DNA from: an uncultured Spirochaetota bacterium | GTDB taxonomy: Bacteria > Spirochaetota > Spirochaetia > SZUA-6 > CAVTHK01 | Assembly (NCBI GenBank): GCA_963734495.1 | Contig: CAVTHK010000011.1 | Coordinates: 576,001-640,000, forward strand | Reading direction: 5' to 3' | DNA: 64,000 bases | Shown: positions 9,791 to 21,015 of the stretch, piece after piece | Layout of the letters: each line of letters opens with the position of its first letter | Position numbering within the stretch: the stretch's first letter is position 1 | The notes under the pieces: generated by a model | What the model was told of the DNA's origin: nothing | The model's input: only the letters and a program-made list of their open reading frames with translations | Database searches by the model: none | Translations under genes and position numbers: made by a program

Positions 9791-12700
9791 ATGAAAAAGT
9801 CCGTTCGTGCGTCCGTGCTCGCCGCCGTCCTGATCTGCTCGTCGCGCTCACTGTGGGCGCAGAACGAGCTCCTGGACCTGTATTCACCGTTGATCCTTGC
9901 CGGGGGCGCCAGCGCGGCAAGCATCGCCTCCCCCGAAGCGTCCGTGCTGAACCCCGCCGCTTCCGGGCCGGAGCAGCGGCTGACCATCGAAGGGAGCTAC
10001 ATCGGGCTCGCGGGTCTGGGCTCCGCGTCCGGGTGGGGCAACGTCGCCAACGCAGGCATCACCGTTCCCGCGCCGTTCGGCGTGATCTCCGGCAGCGTGC
10101 ACATGCTGAGCTCGGACTTTCCATCGATCGACGTCGACACTCTGGCCGCCTTCAATGTCTCCATAGCCAAGGACCTCTTCCCCGGCCTGTACGTCGGCGC
10201 CGGGCTCGGCTACCAGACCGGAGCCGACTGGGGGCTCGGCCTCGACGTCGGCCTGCTCGGGACTCCGGGCAACATAGGCTTTCTCAAGGATTTCCGCTGG
10301 GGCATTGCCATGCGCGGGATAGGCAAGGGCTACAGCCCCGACATGTCCTCGGGAGTCGGCAGCGCTCCGCCTGCCTTTACTCCGGATCTCGGTGTGAGCG
10401 CCACCCTGCTCAAGCAGGGTCTTTTCGCCTTTTCTCTTGCGCCCGATCTGAGCTTCCCGTCTTTGCAGGACGTCCGCTTCGTCCTGGGCGCGCGTTTCGC
10501 GTACTCCGACATGGTTTTTCTCGACATCGCGTACGACTTCGGCCTCAATGACGCGGTCGACCGGACCGCTCGTCCCTTCCCGCTCTCGTTCGGCCTCAGC
10601 GTGAAGGTCAAGGGCGACACACCGGCATCCCCGGCGTTCATGAACGGCGGCGACATCACCGCCACATCGGTCGCGGCGCCGCTCAAGGACGGAGTCACGG
10701 GATTCGGGCTCGGCGCGAATCTCGCCTTTGGCCGCCTCGACCGAAACCCGCCCGCGATCAAGCTGGGCAGCACGGAGACCGCCTACATTTCCCCGGGCAC
10801 CACGAGCAGCCAGGGCGAGCTCCTCATACCGCTCGCCGTCACCGACGAACGGTACGTGAGCGGCTACCGCCTGATCGTGAAGAACGCGCAGGGCACCGCC
10901 GTGCGCACCATCGAGGCCGCGGATCGCGGGCCGTCGAGCAAGGGACTCGCGAACCTGCGCGACCGCCTGCTCGCGGTCAAGCGGAGCATCATGGTTCCGC
11001 AGAACCTCGCCTGGGACGGCAAGGACGACAACGGCGCCAGGGTCCCGGACGGCACGTATTCGTACACGGTCGAAGCGTGGGACGACAACAACAACCTGGC
11101 CCGCACATCGCCCCTTGCCGTCGTCGTGGACACCACGGCGCCGGCCGCGAGCGCGAGCGCCGCATACCTGGAGTTCTCGCCGTCAGGCGAGGGCACCAAG
11201 GGCGTGCTGCCGATCACGCAGAGCGGCTCCGGAGAAGACCTGTGGATCGGCACGATCTACGACTCTTCGCGCAACGAGGTGCGGCAGTTCCGCTGGAGCG
11301 GCGGTTCGCCAAAGAGCTTTGAATGGAACGGAAAGGACTCCGGCGGCAGGCTCGTCCCCGACGGCACCTACAGCTACAGGGTCACGAGCACCGACCGCGC
11401 CGGGAACACGGGGTCCGCGCTCCTCGAGGGCATCGTCGTCAACACCCAGGCCACGCCGGTGAGCCTGTCGACGAACCTGCCCGCGTTCTCCCCCAACGGC
11501 GACGGGATCAAGGACGTTCTGGCGTTCCTGCCCGAGGTCAAGGTGACCAGCGGCATGGAGAAGTGGACGCTGTCCGTGAGGGATGCCGGGGGCTCGAGGA
11601 GGACCTTTGCCGGGGGGGCGACGGTCCCGGCGTCGATCGAGTTCGACGGCAAGGACGATCTGGGCGTCCGCCTGCCCGAAGGGACTTACTGGGGCTCGCT
11701 CACGGTGGTCTACCGGAACGGGCACACGCCGACCGCGGACTCCTCGCCGATCCTGCTGCGCGTGACCGCCCCTTCGGCGACGGTGAGCGCCGCGTACCGC
11801 GAGCTCTCCCCGGATGGCGTCGGCACGAGGACCGTGCTGCCCGTCCGGCAATCGGGATCGAGCGAGGAGCTGTGGCAGGGCTCGATCACGAGCTCGGCGG
11901 GACGGCTCGTGAGGAGCTGGAGCTGGATGCAGAGCGCTCCCCGGAGCTTTGAGTGGGACGGGAGGGACGCTACAGGACGGCTCGCGCCCGACGGCACCTA
12001 CTCCTACCGCGTGACCTCCACGGACGCCGCCGGCAACACGGGCTCCGCCGCCCTCGACGGCATCGTCATCAACACCGTGCCCACGCCGGTCGCCCTCGCC
12101 ATCGACAACTCGGCCTTTTCACCGAACGGCGACGGCGTGCGCGACACGCTGCGCTTCTCGCTGGTCGTCCCTGTCGGGAACGGCGTCGAGAAGTGGAGCC
12201 TCCGCGTGAGCGATCAATCGCGGAAAGTGCGTCGCAGCTTCGCGGGCCTCGCCGGCGTGCCCGCCTCGGTCGACTTTGACGGCAAGGACGACGACGGCGT
12301 GGCGCTGCCGCAGGGCACGTACACGGCGGATCTCGCCGTTTCGTACGCCAACGGACACGAGCCGGCCGACACGTCGCCGCCGTTCGTCATCGACGTCACG
12401 CCGCCCACGGCCACCGTGACCTCGGACTACTCCGTGTTCTCGCCTGTCGGCGAAGGCGCGCGCAACCTCCTCACGTTCTCTCAGGGCGTGTCCAAGGACG
12501 CGGAGTGGACGGGGGTTGTCCGAAGCGCGGCCGGCCAGGCCGTGCGCACCGTGAAGTGGAGCGGAAAGCCGGACGCGCAGTTCGCCTTTGACGGCCATGC
12601 CGATGACGGGAGCCTCCTGCCGGACGGCGGCTACACCTACGTTCTGTCGGGAACGGACCGGGCGGGCAACTCGGGGCAGTCCGGGGCGCTGGCCTTCCAG

Positions 12701-14392
12701 ATCGACACCAGGGCGACGCCGGTCATCGTGACGACGGACCTCGTCTACTTCTCACCCAACGGAGACGGCGTCAAGGACAGCGTCCGCATCATTCCGTCGC
12801 TGAAGGTCGCGACCGACGTGGAATCGTTCGAGCTGCGGATAGCGACCGCGCAGGGCGCGGTCGTGCGCCGCGTCGCGGCGAGGAACGCCGCGCCCGCGGT
12901 GTTCGCGTGGGACGGCCGCGACGACGCGGGCGCGATCGTGCCCGACGGGCAGTACGGGGTGGAGCTCGACGTCCTGTACCGCAACGGCAATCGCCCTGTG
13001 GCGCGGACGGGCCCCATCTTCGTGGACACGGTCTTTCCGAGCCTGACGATCGCGGCCGACACAATGCTGTTCTCGCCGACCGGGGACAGCACGCTCAAGG
13101 CGGTCTCGATCCGGCAGGTCTCCAGCGACGAGGACCGTTGGGACGGACGGATCTACGACGCCGGCGCCAGACTCGTGCGCACGTACGTCTGGCGGGGGAA
13201 GGCGCCGGACTTTGCGTGGGACGGCACCGACGACAAGGGCAACACCGTTGCCGACGGCGTGTACAGCTATGCGGTGTCCGCCACCGACAGGGCCGGCAAC
13301 ACCACCGCCAGGACGCTCTCCCCGATCCGCGTCGACTCGAGGTCCACGCCCGTGTCGGTGAGGGCGGCGTCCGACGGTCTTTCGCCCAACGGCGACGGGG
13401 TTCGCGACACGATCGGGTTCAACCTTTCGGTCGGAGTCCCGGATGGCATCAAGGGCTGGACGCTTTCCATCGTGGACACGGCCGGCAGCGCCCTCAAGGT
13501 GTTCGCGGGCGCATCGCCTGTCCCGGAGTCGATCTTCTGGGACGGGAAGACCGATTCGGGCAGCGCGCCCAATGGCACGTACTACGCGCGACTCGAGGTC
13601 GACTATCTCAAGGGCAACAAACCGGTGGCCAGGACGGCGTCCTTCATCTTGTCGGTCGCTCCTCCCAGGGTGACTCTCGACGCCGGGCCGCTGCCGTTTT
13701 CCCCGGACGGGGACGGGTACAACGACAGCCTGCGAATCGCGATTTCCGCCGCCGATCCGAGCCCGATCGAGTCCTGGAACATCACCGTGCTCGACCCGAT
13801 GGACCACACCTTTGCGGACTGGTCCGGAAAGGGCGCACCCCCGGGCGCGATCACCTGGGACGGGCTTTCGGCCTACGGCGAGCTGGTCCAGGCCGCGGAC
13901 GACTACACGCTCGTCGCCACGGTCAAGGACGAGCTGGGCAACGTCGGAACGATCCGCCAGAAGGTTCCCATCGACGTCCTGGTCATGCGCGAGGACGGGA
14001 AGCTTCGCATCCGCATCTCCAGCATCACCTTCAAGGCGGACACGCCCGACTACGTCGACGTGCCCGGTGACCGGCTCGACCTGAACATGAGGACGCTCGG
14101 GCGGCTGGCCGAGATCTTCAAGCGGTACTCGCAGTACAAGATCACCATCGAAGGCTACGCGGTGATGGTCTACTGGAACGATCCCGCCATGGGAAAGCAG
14201 GAGCAGGAAGGCGTCCTCATCCCGCTGTCAAAGGCGCGCGCCGAGGCAGTCAAGAGCGGCCTGGTCAAGCTCGGCATCGACGCCGGCCGCATCACCACCG
14301 TGGGCCTGGGTGGGGTGAGCCCCATCGTGCCGTTCGGCGACCTGGAGAACCGCTGGAAGGACCGGAGGGTCGAGTTCCTCCTCGTCAGGTAG
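9791..14392 (+). CDS. Large surface/outer-membrane protein: N-terminal beta-barrel-like domain, about 10 FlgD-Ig-like repeats and a C-terminal OmpA domain
   Basis: Signal peptide and LNPAA motif. Ten [WF][DN]G-type motifs, repeated FSPNGDG.., and the OmpA motifs LSKARAEAVK and DRRVEFLL. Confidence 0.85.
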   Translation: MKKSVRASVLAAVLICSSRSLWAQNELLDLYSPLILAGGASAASIASPEASVLNPAASGPEQRLTIEGSYIGLAGLGSASGWGNVANAGITVPAPFGVISGSVHMLSSDFPSIDVDTLAAFNVSIAKDLFPGLYVGAGLGYQTGADWGLGLDVGLLGTPGNIGFLKDFRWGIAMRGIGKGYSPDMSSGVGSAPPAFTPDLGVSATLLKQGLFAFSLAPDLSFPSLQDVRFVLGARFAYSDMVFLDIAYDFGLNDAVDRTARPFPLSFGLSVKVKGDTPASPAFMNGGDITATSVAAPLKDGVTGFGLGANLAFGRLDRNPPAIKLGSTETAYISPGTTSSQGELLIPLAVTDERYVSGYRLIVKNAQGTAVRTIEAADRGPSSKGLANLRDRLLAVKRSIMVPQNLAWDGKDDNGARVPDGTYSYTVEAWDDNNNLARTSPLAVVVDTTAPAASASAAYLEFSPSGEGTKGVLPITQSGSGEDLWIGTIYDSSRNEVRQFRWSGGSPKSFEWNGKDSGGRLVPDGTYSYRVTSTDRAGNTGSALLEGIVVNTQATPVSLSTNLPAFSPNGDGIKDVLAFLPEVKVTSGMEKWTLSVRDAGGSRRTFAGGATVPASIEFDGKDDLGVRLPEGTYWGSLTVVYRNGHTPTADSSPILLRVTAPSATVSAAYRELSPDGVGTRTVLPVRQSGSSEELWQGSITSSAGRLVRSWSWMQSAPRSFEWDGRDATGRLAPDGTYSYRVTSTDAAGNTGSAALDGIVINTVPTPVALAIDNSAFSPNGDGVRDTLRFSLVVPVGNGVEKWSLRVSDQSRKVRRSFAGLAGVPASVDFDGKDDDGVALPQGTYTADLAVSYANGHEPADTSPPFVIDVTPPTATVTSDYSVFSPVGEGARNLLTFSQGVSKDAEWTGVVRSAAGQAVRTVKWSGKPDAQFAFDGHADDGSLLPDGGYTYVLSGTDRAGNSGQSGALAFQIDTRATPVIVTTDLVYFSPNGDGVKDSVRIIPSLKVATDVESFELRIATAQGAVVRRVAARNAAPAVFAWDGRDDAGAIVPDGQYGVELDVLYRNGNRPVARTGPIFVDTVFPSLTIAADTMLFSPTGDSTLKAVSIRQVSSDEDRWDGRIYDAGARLVRTYVWRGKAPDFAWDGTDDKGNTVADGVYSYAVSATDRAGNTTARTLSPIRVDSRSTPVSVRAASDGLSPNGDGVRDTIGFNLSVGVPDGIKGWTLSIVDTAGSALKVFAGASPVPESIFWDGKTDSGSAPNGTYYARLEVDYLKGNKPVARTASFILSVAPPRVTLDAGPLPFSPDGDGYNDSLRIAISAADPSPIESWNITVLDPMDHTFADWSGKGAPPGAITWDGLSAYGELVQAADDYTLVATVKDELGNVGTIRQKVPIDVLVMREDGKLRIRISSITFKADTPDYVDVPGDRLDLNMRTLGRLAEIFKRYSQYKITIEGYAVMVYWNDPAMGKQEQEGVLIPLSKARAEAVKSGLVKLGIDAGRITTVGLGGVSPIVPFGDLENRWKDRRVEFLLVR

Positions 14393-14416
14393 CCAGTCGC
14401 GCCGCCGCGGGCGGCT

Positions 14417-15646
14417 CTACGGGCGGTACTTGCGGACGACCATCGAGGAGTTGCTGCCGCCGAAGGCAAAGTTGTTCGTGAGGAGCGTGTCGAACGCGGT
14501 CTCCCGGCACGTGGTCACGATGTTCGGGTACTGGCAGTCCTCGCTCAGGTGATCGACGTTGATCGAGGGGGCGACAAAGGACTCCTTCATCATGACCAGG
14601 GAGGCGATGAGCTCGATGGCGCCGGCTGCGCCGATCGTGTGCCCGATCTGGCTCTTGGTCGAGGCGACCATGGGCGAAGAGTCGCCGAACACCTGTTTGA
14701 TGGCGGAGATCTCGGAGGCGTCCCCCAGCACCGTCGACGTCCCGTGGGTGTTCAGGTAGTCGATGTCCTTGGCCGCAATGCCCGCGTCCGCGATGGCCTG
14801 CCGCATGCACTCGGCCTGCGTCTCCGCAACGGGCGCGACCATCGAAGCGCCGCCGTCGCAGTTGGTGGCATAGCCGGCGATCTCTCCGTAGATCGGGGCG
14901 CCGCGCCTCAGGGCGTGCTCCAGCTCCTCCACGACGACGACGCCCCCGCCCTCGCCGAGGACGAACCCGGAACGGTCGCGGTCGAAGGGCCGCGATGCGG
15001 CCGCCGGGTTGTCGTTGCAGTTCGTCGGCAGCACTCCCATCGCGTCGAAGAACGCGCTGCCCGCCCAGTCGCACGATTCGCCCCCGCCGGCGAACACGAC
15101 GTCCTGGATGCCCCACTTGATGACCTGGTAAGCGTAGCCGATGTTGACGAGCCCCGTGGCGCAGGCGTCGGAGATCCCGAGGCTCATGCCGCGGTTCTTG
15201 AGCAGCATCGTGATGTTGGCGCTCCGCGACGAGCCCATGGTCTTCGGCACGCGGATGCCGATCTTCCGCGGCTTGTTGTGCTCGTGCATCGCGAGAGCGC
15301 CCTCGAACATGTCCATCGAGCTTCCTTCGCCGCAGCCCACGATCACGCCGCAGCGGTCGCTTTCGACGTCCGTCTTCGCGAGGCGGCTGTCCTCCAGCGC
15401 CATCTTCGCCGCGTAGGTGGTGAACTCCGAGCCGCGCCCCATGAACTTGAGCGCCTTGCGGTCGAAGAACTGCGACGCGTCCCAGTCGGCGATCCAGCCG
15501 GCGATCTGGCTGTTGAACCCGTGCGCCTCCAGGTCGGGGCAGCGGGTCACGCAGCTTTTGCCTGAACGCAGCGTGCGTTCGATGCTTGCCAGCTCGAGGC
15601 CGAGCGTCGACGCCGCACCCAGACCAGTGATCACCACGCGCCGCAT
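14417..15646 (-). CDS. fabB: Beta-ketoacyl-ACP synthase (FabB-like, FabB/FabF family)
   Basis: MRRVVITGLG start, catalytic ACATG, AGGGES (FabB-like), SRPFDRDRSGFVLGEG, HGTST, KSQIGH and NNFAFGG. Confidence 0.85.
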   Translation of the reverse strand: MRRVVITGLGAASTLGLELASIERTLRSGKSCVTRCPDLEAHGFNSQIAGWIADWDASQFFDRKALKFMGRGSEFTTYAAKMALEDSRLAKTDVESDRCGVIVGCGEGSSMDMFEGALAMHEHNKPRKIGIRVPKTMGSSRSANITMLLKNRGMSLGISDACATGLVNIGYAYQVIKWGIQDVVFAGGGESCDWAGSAFFDAMGVLPTNCNDNPAAASRPFDRDRSGFVLGEGGGVVVVEELEHALRRGAPIYGEIAGYATNCDGGASMVAPVAETQAECMRQAIADAGIAAKDIDYLNTHGTSTVLGDASEISAIKQVFGDSSPMVASTKSQIGHTIGAAGAIELIASLVMMKESFVAPSINVDHLSEDCQYPNIVTTCRETAFDTLLTNNFAFGGSNSSMVVRKYRP

Positions 15647-15724
15647 ACGGATACGCTCCTTGCCCGCGGGTCCCGGCCGCGGACGGCAGGAGTCTTTCAT
15701 CCCGCGCGATTCTGGTCAACGCCC

Positions 15725-16048
15725 TCAAGCGGCCGCGGGCGGCCTTACTGGTCGATGCCGGAGTCCGGAAGCATATGAGGCGGAAGCTGCCGGTGCGCCC
15801 CCGGCCGCGCCAGATAGCGCCCGACGCCGGCGCGCGTCCGCGATGGCGGCCTTTCGCAAGTAGGCATCGAGGACCCGGCCGGGATACAGAGGCTCGCCGC
15901 AGCGGGGGCATCGAGTGAGCCCTCTTCCGCGGCCCAGCTCCTTCGGATGGCTGTGGAACACGGGGCAGTAGTCGAGGCCGTTGAAGCGGCATTCTTCCCA
16001 AAGCGTCTCGCCGCACGGGCAGCGCCAAAGAGCAAGAGTCCCTCCCAT
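15725..16048 (-). CDS. Small hypothetical Cys-rich (zinc-ribbon-like) protein
   Basis: WRCPCGE...CPRCGEPL. It is co-oriented between the response regulator and fabB. Confidence 0.5.
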   Translation of the reverse strand: MGGTLALWRCPCGETLWEECRFNGLDYCPVFHSHPKELGRGRGLTRCPRCGEPLYPGRVLDAYLRKAAIADARRRRALSGAAGGAPAASASYASGLRHRPVRPPAAA

Positions 16049-16180
16049 GGTGACAATTGGTAGCGCACTCCCGGCCCGGATTCCACTCGCGGGTTCCCCG
16101 GCGGGGCGGAGCGGCGCGGGCGACGCGAAGGCCTCGGTGCCGCGCCCGCGGTCCGCCGCCCCCCCCGGGGCGGCCCCCGG

Positions 16181-17483
<1,303 letters not shown>

Positions 17484-17503
<20 letters not shown>

Positions 17504-18770
17504 CTCTGCACCTCGGTATTGAGAGCAGCGCCTCGGTCCCGCCGCCCGGCCGGTCGCGCAGGACGATCCGGCCGCTCGCGGCTGCGGCGAACCGGCTGGC
17601 GATGGCCAGCCCTATTCCTGAGCCGCGGAGCTTCGTGGTGAAAAAAGGCTCGAAGACGCGGCGGCCGAGCCCTCTCGGGATGCCGGTCCCCCGGTCCAGG
17701 ACGACGATCTCGATCCTCGTCGCGAGGCTGCGCAGCGCGACGCGGACCTCGCTCGAAGGCCCTCCGCTCTCGAGGGCGTTCACAATGAGGTTCTCGAGGA
17801 CCGAGCGGAACGCATCGGGGTCGAACCGCACCGCCGGGGCGCCCTGAGCCAGCTCACACGCGACGCCCAGACGGCTCGCCACCTGGGACGCGATCTTCGA
17901 GGCGTCCACGGGTTCCGGCCTTCCGCGCGGCTCGCGCAGCAGATCGTCGACCCGCTCGGTGAGGCTCCCGAGCCTGCGCGCCTCCTCGTCGACCCTCCTC
18001 AGGCTCGAAGAGTGCTCGAAGGGCAGCACGCGCTTGAGGTAGTCGAGCTCGAGCCGGATCGCGCTGAGCGGGTTCTTCATTTCGTGGGAGAGGACCCTCG
18101 CGGTCTCGCCGAGCAGCGCGGCGCTCCTCTGCGCATCCGCCGCGCGCCGGTAGCGGGTCATGCGGATCGTGAGCGCGCCCACGATGAGCACCCCGAGGAC
18201 GGCCGACACCGAGATCACGACCCGCAGGCGCTCGAACGCATCCTCCTGCACGAAGAAGTCGGGGTTCCTGGAGGCGAGGTAGAACCGGAAGTCGCCCGAA
18301 GCGCGGTTGGCGTCCGACACGCTGGCGCGGCCGCCCAGGTGCATGATCACCGAGATGACGCGCCGCGCATGATCGAGGCGGTAGTCGGGGGCCGAAGCGG
18401 AGGCCGCGATCTCGGCGGGCGCGAGAGAGCGCGGCGCCGTGCCCGACGGCGGGAACAGCGGCTCGCCGTCCCCGTCGTACAGGCCGAAGCCTTCGATCGC
18501 CGCATCGACCCTCTGCGTCGGATAGCTCCAGATCATCCGGACTGCTCTCCGCTCCATCGCCATCTGGGTCTGCGCGAGCTCGCGACGCATCTCGGCCTCG
18601 TTGAGATGGTGGCCCGTGAACGCGATGCCCACGATCAGCCCCATGAGCAGAAGGGGAAGGACGACCTCGTGGGGCGAGAGCAGGATCGCCAGGAGCTGCC
18701 TTGACGGAGCGACTCCGGCGCGTTCGCGGCCGGTGCCGCCGAGGTTCTCGCTTTGCCTGATGCTCTGCAT
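17484..18770 (-). CDS. Membrane sensor histidine kinase (start uncertain)
   Basis: Two TM segments, H-box SHEMKNPL, NLIVNA, DRGTG and FEPFFTTK..GSGIGL. It overlaps the response regulator start. Confidence 0.9.
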
Positions 18771-18955
18771 GGAAAACACGGGGCGAGGGCTCCGCCCGCG
18801 CCGTCGCGCGGCGGCCGGGGCTCTCGCGTTGCCGGCTGCAAATATAGCGACGGCGCTCGGCTCGCGGATAGAAGCGCTCCGCGCCGGGCACTCCTCTCCC
18901 GCCGTGCATGGCCCTGCCGGGAAGACTTTGCCCGAAAACCGGCCTTTTCCGCGCT

Positions 18956-18971
18956 TGGCACGGCGCTCGCA
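18956..18971 (+). promoter_or_regulatory. Sigma-54 (-24/-12) promoter upstream of the DUF2807-like gene
   Basis: TGGCACGGCGCTCGCA matches TGGCACG-N4-TTGC(A/T) with exact GG-N10-GC spacing. It lies next to the divergent sigma-54 activator operon. Confidence 0.75.
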
Positions 18972-19117
18972 TAGACGCATCCAGGCTTCGACGCGGAGAC
19001 GCGGAACGCCGCACACGGCAACGGGGAGGAGGTGAAGGATCGAGGTCGTTGCGCGCGGCACGATGCGGGCGAAGCGGATTGCAGGATTTGCAGGACAGGA
19101 TTGCAGGAGAGGTGAAC

Positions 19118-19903
19118 ATGAAGAAGATGCTTCTTTCGATAATCGCCATGCTGGCGCTGCTCGCCGCGCCGCTGATCGCATGGGGCGGCCCCCCGGTGCT
19201 TTCGGGCTCGGGCTCGGTCTCCTCCAAGGACTACACGGTCGGCAGCTTCGACACGATCAGCCTCAAGGGGATCGCGGGCTTCCACATCATGGCCGGCGAC
19301 ACCCCCGCGGTGACCGTCAAGACCGACGCCAACATCGCCGACCACGTGATGGTGAATGTCTACGGGACGCGCCTCGAGGTCAGCATGGACCCCGCGTACT
19401 CCTATCGGCCCACGAGCTTCGAGCTCGACATCACGCTGCCGCGCATCGCCGCGGCCGCGATCTACGATTCCAAGGGCTCGATCGACAAGTTCTCGAGTGA
19501 CGCCGTGCGGCTCGACCTCTACGGGCATAGCGCGCTCGACGTGTCGGAGATGGACGCCAACATGCTCGCGCTGAGCGCGGCGGATGCGAGCTCCATCAGC
19601 GGCCGCGTCAGCGGGTACGAGACCGAAGTGTCGCTCCAGGGCAGGGCGCAGGCGAGCATCAGCGGCGACAGCGACCGCCTCGTGCTGAACGCGACCGGCG
19701 GCAGCGCGAACCTCAGCGCCCTCGACGCGAATCAGGTCACCGTCAGCCTGTCCGACGGGGCGGCCGCCCGGATCAACGGCAACCACGGCATGGACGTGAG
19801 CGGCTCCGTGCGCAACGGCGCCAGCCTCAGCTACACCGGCAAGGCGGACGTCGGCGCAGTCTTCGTCGACCCCGACTCCGGTGGTCACATCATGGGCGGT
19901 TGA
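19118..19903 (+). CDS. Secreted DUF2807 / GIN-domain (putative autotransporter-adhesin head, beta-helix) protein
   Basis: Signal peptide, GSGSVSSKDYTVGSFDTI, Ser/Gly-rich beta-helix-like repeats and a C-terminal ASLSYTGK. Confidence 0.75.
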   Translation: MKKMLLSIIAMLALLAAPLIAWGGPPVLSGSGSVSSKDYTVGSFDTISLKGIAGFHIMAGDTPAVTVKTDANIADHVMVNVYGTRLEVSMDPAYSYRPTSFELDITLPRIAAAAIYDSKGSIDKFSSDAVRLDLYGHSALDVSEMDANMLALSAADASSISGRVSGYETEVSLQGRAQASISGDSDRLVLNATGGSANLSALDANQVTVSLSDGAAARINGNHGMDVSGSVRNGASLSYTGKADVGAVFVDPDSGGHIMGG

Positions 19904-20012
19904 TTCCGAGAACAGGCAACGGGCGCCCCGCTCCCGTGCTCGCTCCGGCGGCCGGGCGCGGGGCGCTTTCGCGCCCCTGCCGGTTGTCTGGCCGCGGCGG
20001 ACCGCGGCCGGC

Positions 20013-20873
20013 CTATGCGAGGGCGCGCGAGCAGAGGGAATCGACTTCCAGCACCATCGTCCGGAAGTCCTCGAGCCGGTAATCCGGCCCTGGCGCGAAC
20101 GGCGGGGTCTCGATGCACATCGACCGGCCGAAGCCCAGCCCCGCGGCCGCGCGGAAGAACGCGCGCCAGTCGACGCGGCCCTTTCCGGGTGCCAGGTGCG
20201 AGTCGCGGTCACCCGCGTTGTCCGCGAGATGAAACGCGACGAGACGGTCCTTCATGGTTTCGAAGAACAGCCCGGCGCCCTCGATCCCGCCGGCGACGAG
20301 AGCATGCCCGGTGTCCAGGCACCAGCCGAGCGACGCGACGGGGAACAGCGCGCCGAGACGGGCGAAATGCTCCGGACGCGAGCCGAAGCGGCCGCCGGCG
20401 GCCGGCAGCATGTTCTCGAGGGCCACGGTCAGGCCGAGCCGCCCGGCCAGGGGAAGCAGCGCCTCCAGGCTCTTCGCGATCTGCGAGAGGTAGCGGTCGA
20501 GCCCCTCGACATCGACGCTGTAGCGGTTGGAGGTGGGGTGCTGCACGCACACCGTCGCGCCCGTGAGCGCCGCGCGCTCCATCCAGCGCGACACGGCGGC
20601 CACCGCCGCGCGCCGGTCGGTCTCGTAGAACGCCGCGATGTCGTCCTCGCGCTCGAAAGGGATGTGGAACGTCTCGATCGAGAGCCCGCCGTCGCGGAAC
20701 TGTCGGGCCGCAAGCTCGATCTCGGCGTCGCTCATCCCGGCAAACAGCGGCGGCGCGGCCTCGATGCCGGCGAGGCCCGCGGCGGCGCAGGCCTCGGCCG
20801 CCCTCTTCAGGCCATCCTTGCCCGCGGCCCCGAACGTGTAGCCGGTCGTCGACCATGTCCAGCTCTTCGTCAT
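20013..20873 (-). CDS. Sugar phosphate isomerase/epimerase (AP_endonuc_2 TIM barrel)
   Basis: ALENM, CLDTGHA, FHLADN..DRDSHLAPGKGRVDW and CIE metal-binding motifs. Confidence 0.9.
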   Translation of the reverse strand: MTKSWTWSTTGYTFGAAGKDGLKRAAEACAAAGLAGIEAAPPLFAGMSDAEIELAARQFRDGGLSIETFHIPFEREDDIAAFYETDRRAAVAAVSRWMERAALTGATVCVQHPTSNRYSVDVEGLDRYLSQIAKSLEALLPLAGRLGLTVALENMLPAAGGRFGSRPEHFARLGALFPVASLGWCLDTGHALVAGGIEGAGLFFETMKDRLVAFHLADNAGDRDSHLAPGKGRVDWRAFFRAAAGLGFGRSMCIETPPFAPGPDYRLEDFRTMVLEVDSLCSRALA

Positions 20874-21015
20874 GCGGCCTCCCCTCCACGCCGCATCATC
20901 CCCGGGCGGCCGGGCGGCGGTCAAGCCGCAAGCCCCTCGCAAGGCCCTCGCGGGCCCGCGCGCTCGCGACGGCCGTCGACGTGTATACTGGCGGCGTCGC
21001 GCGAAGGGAGGTCCG

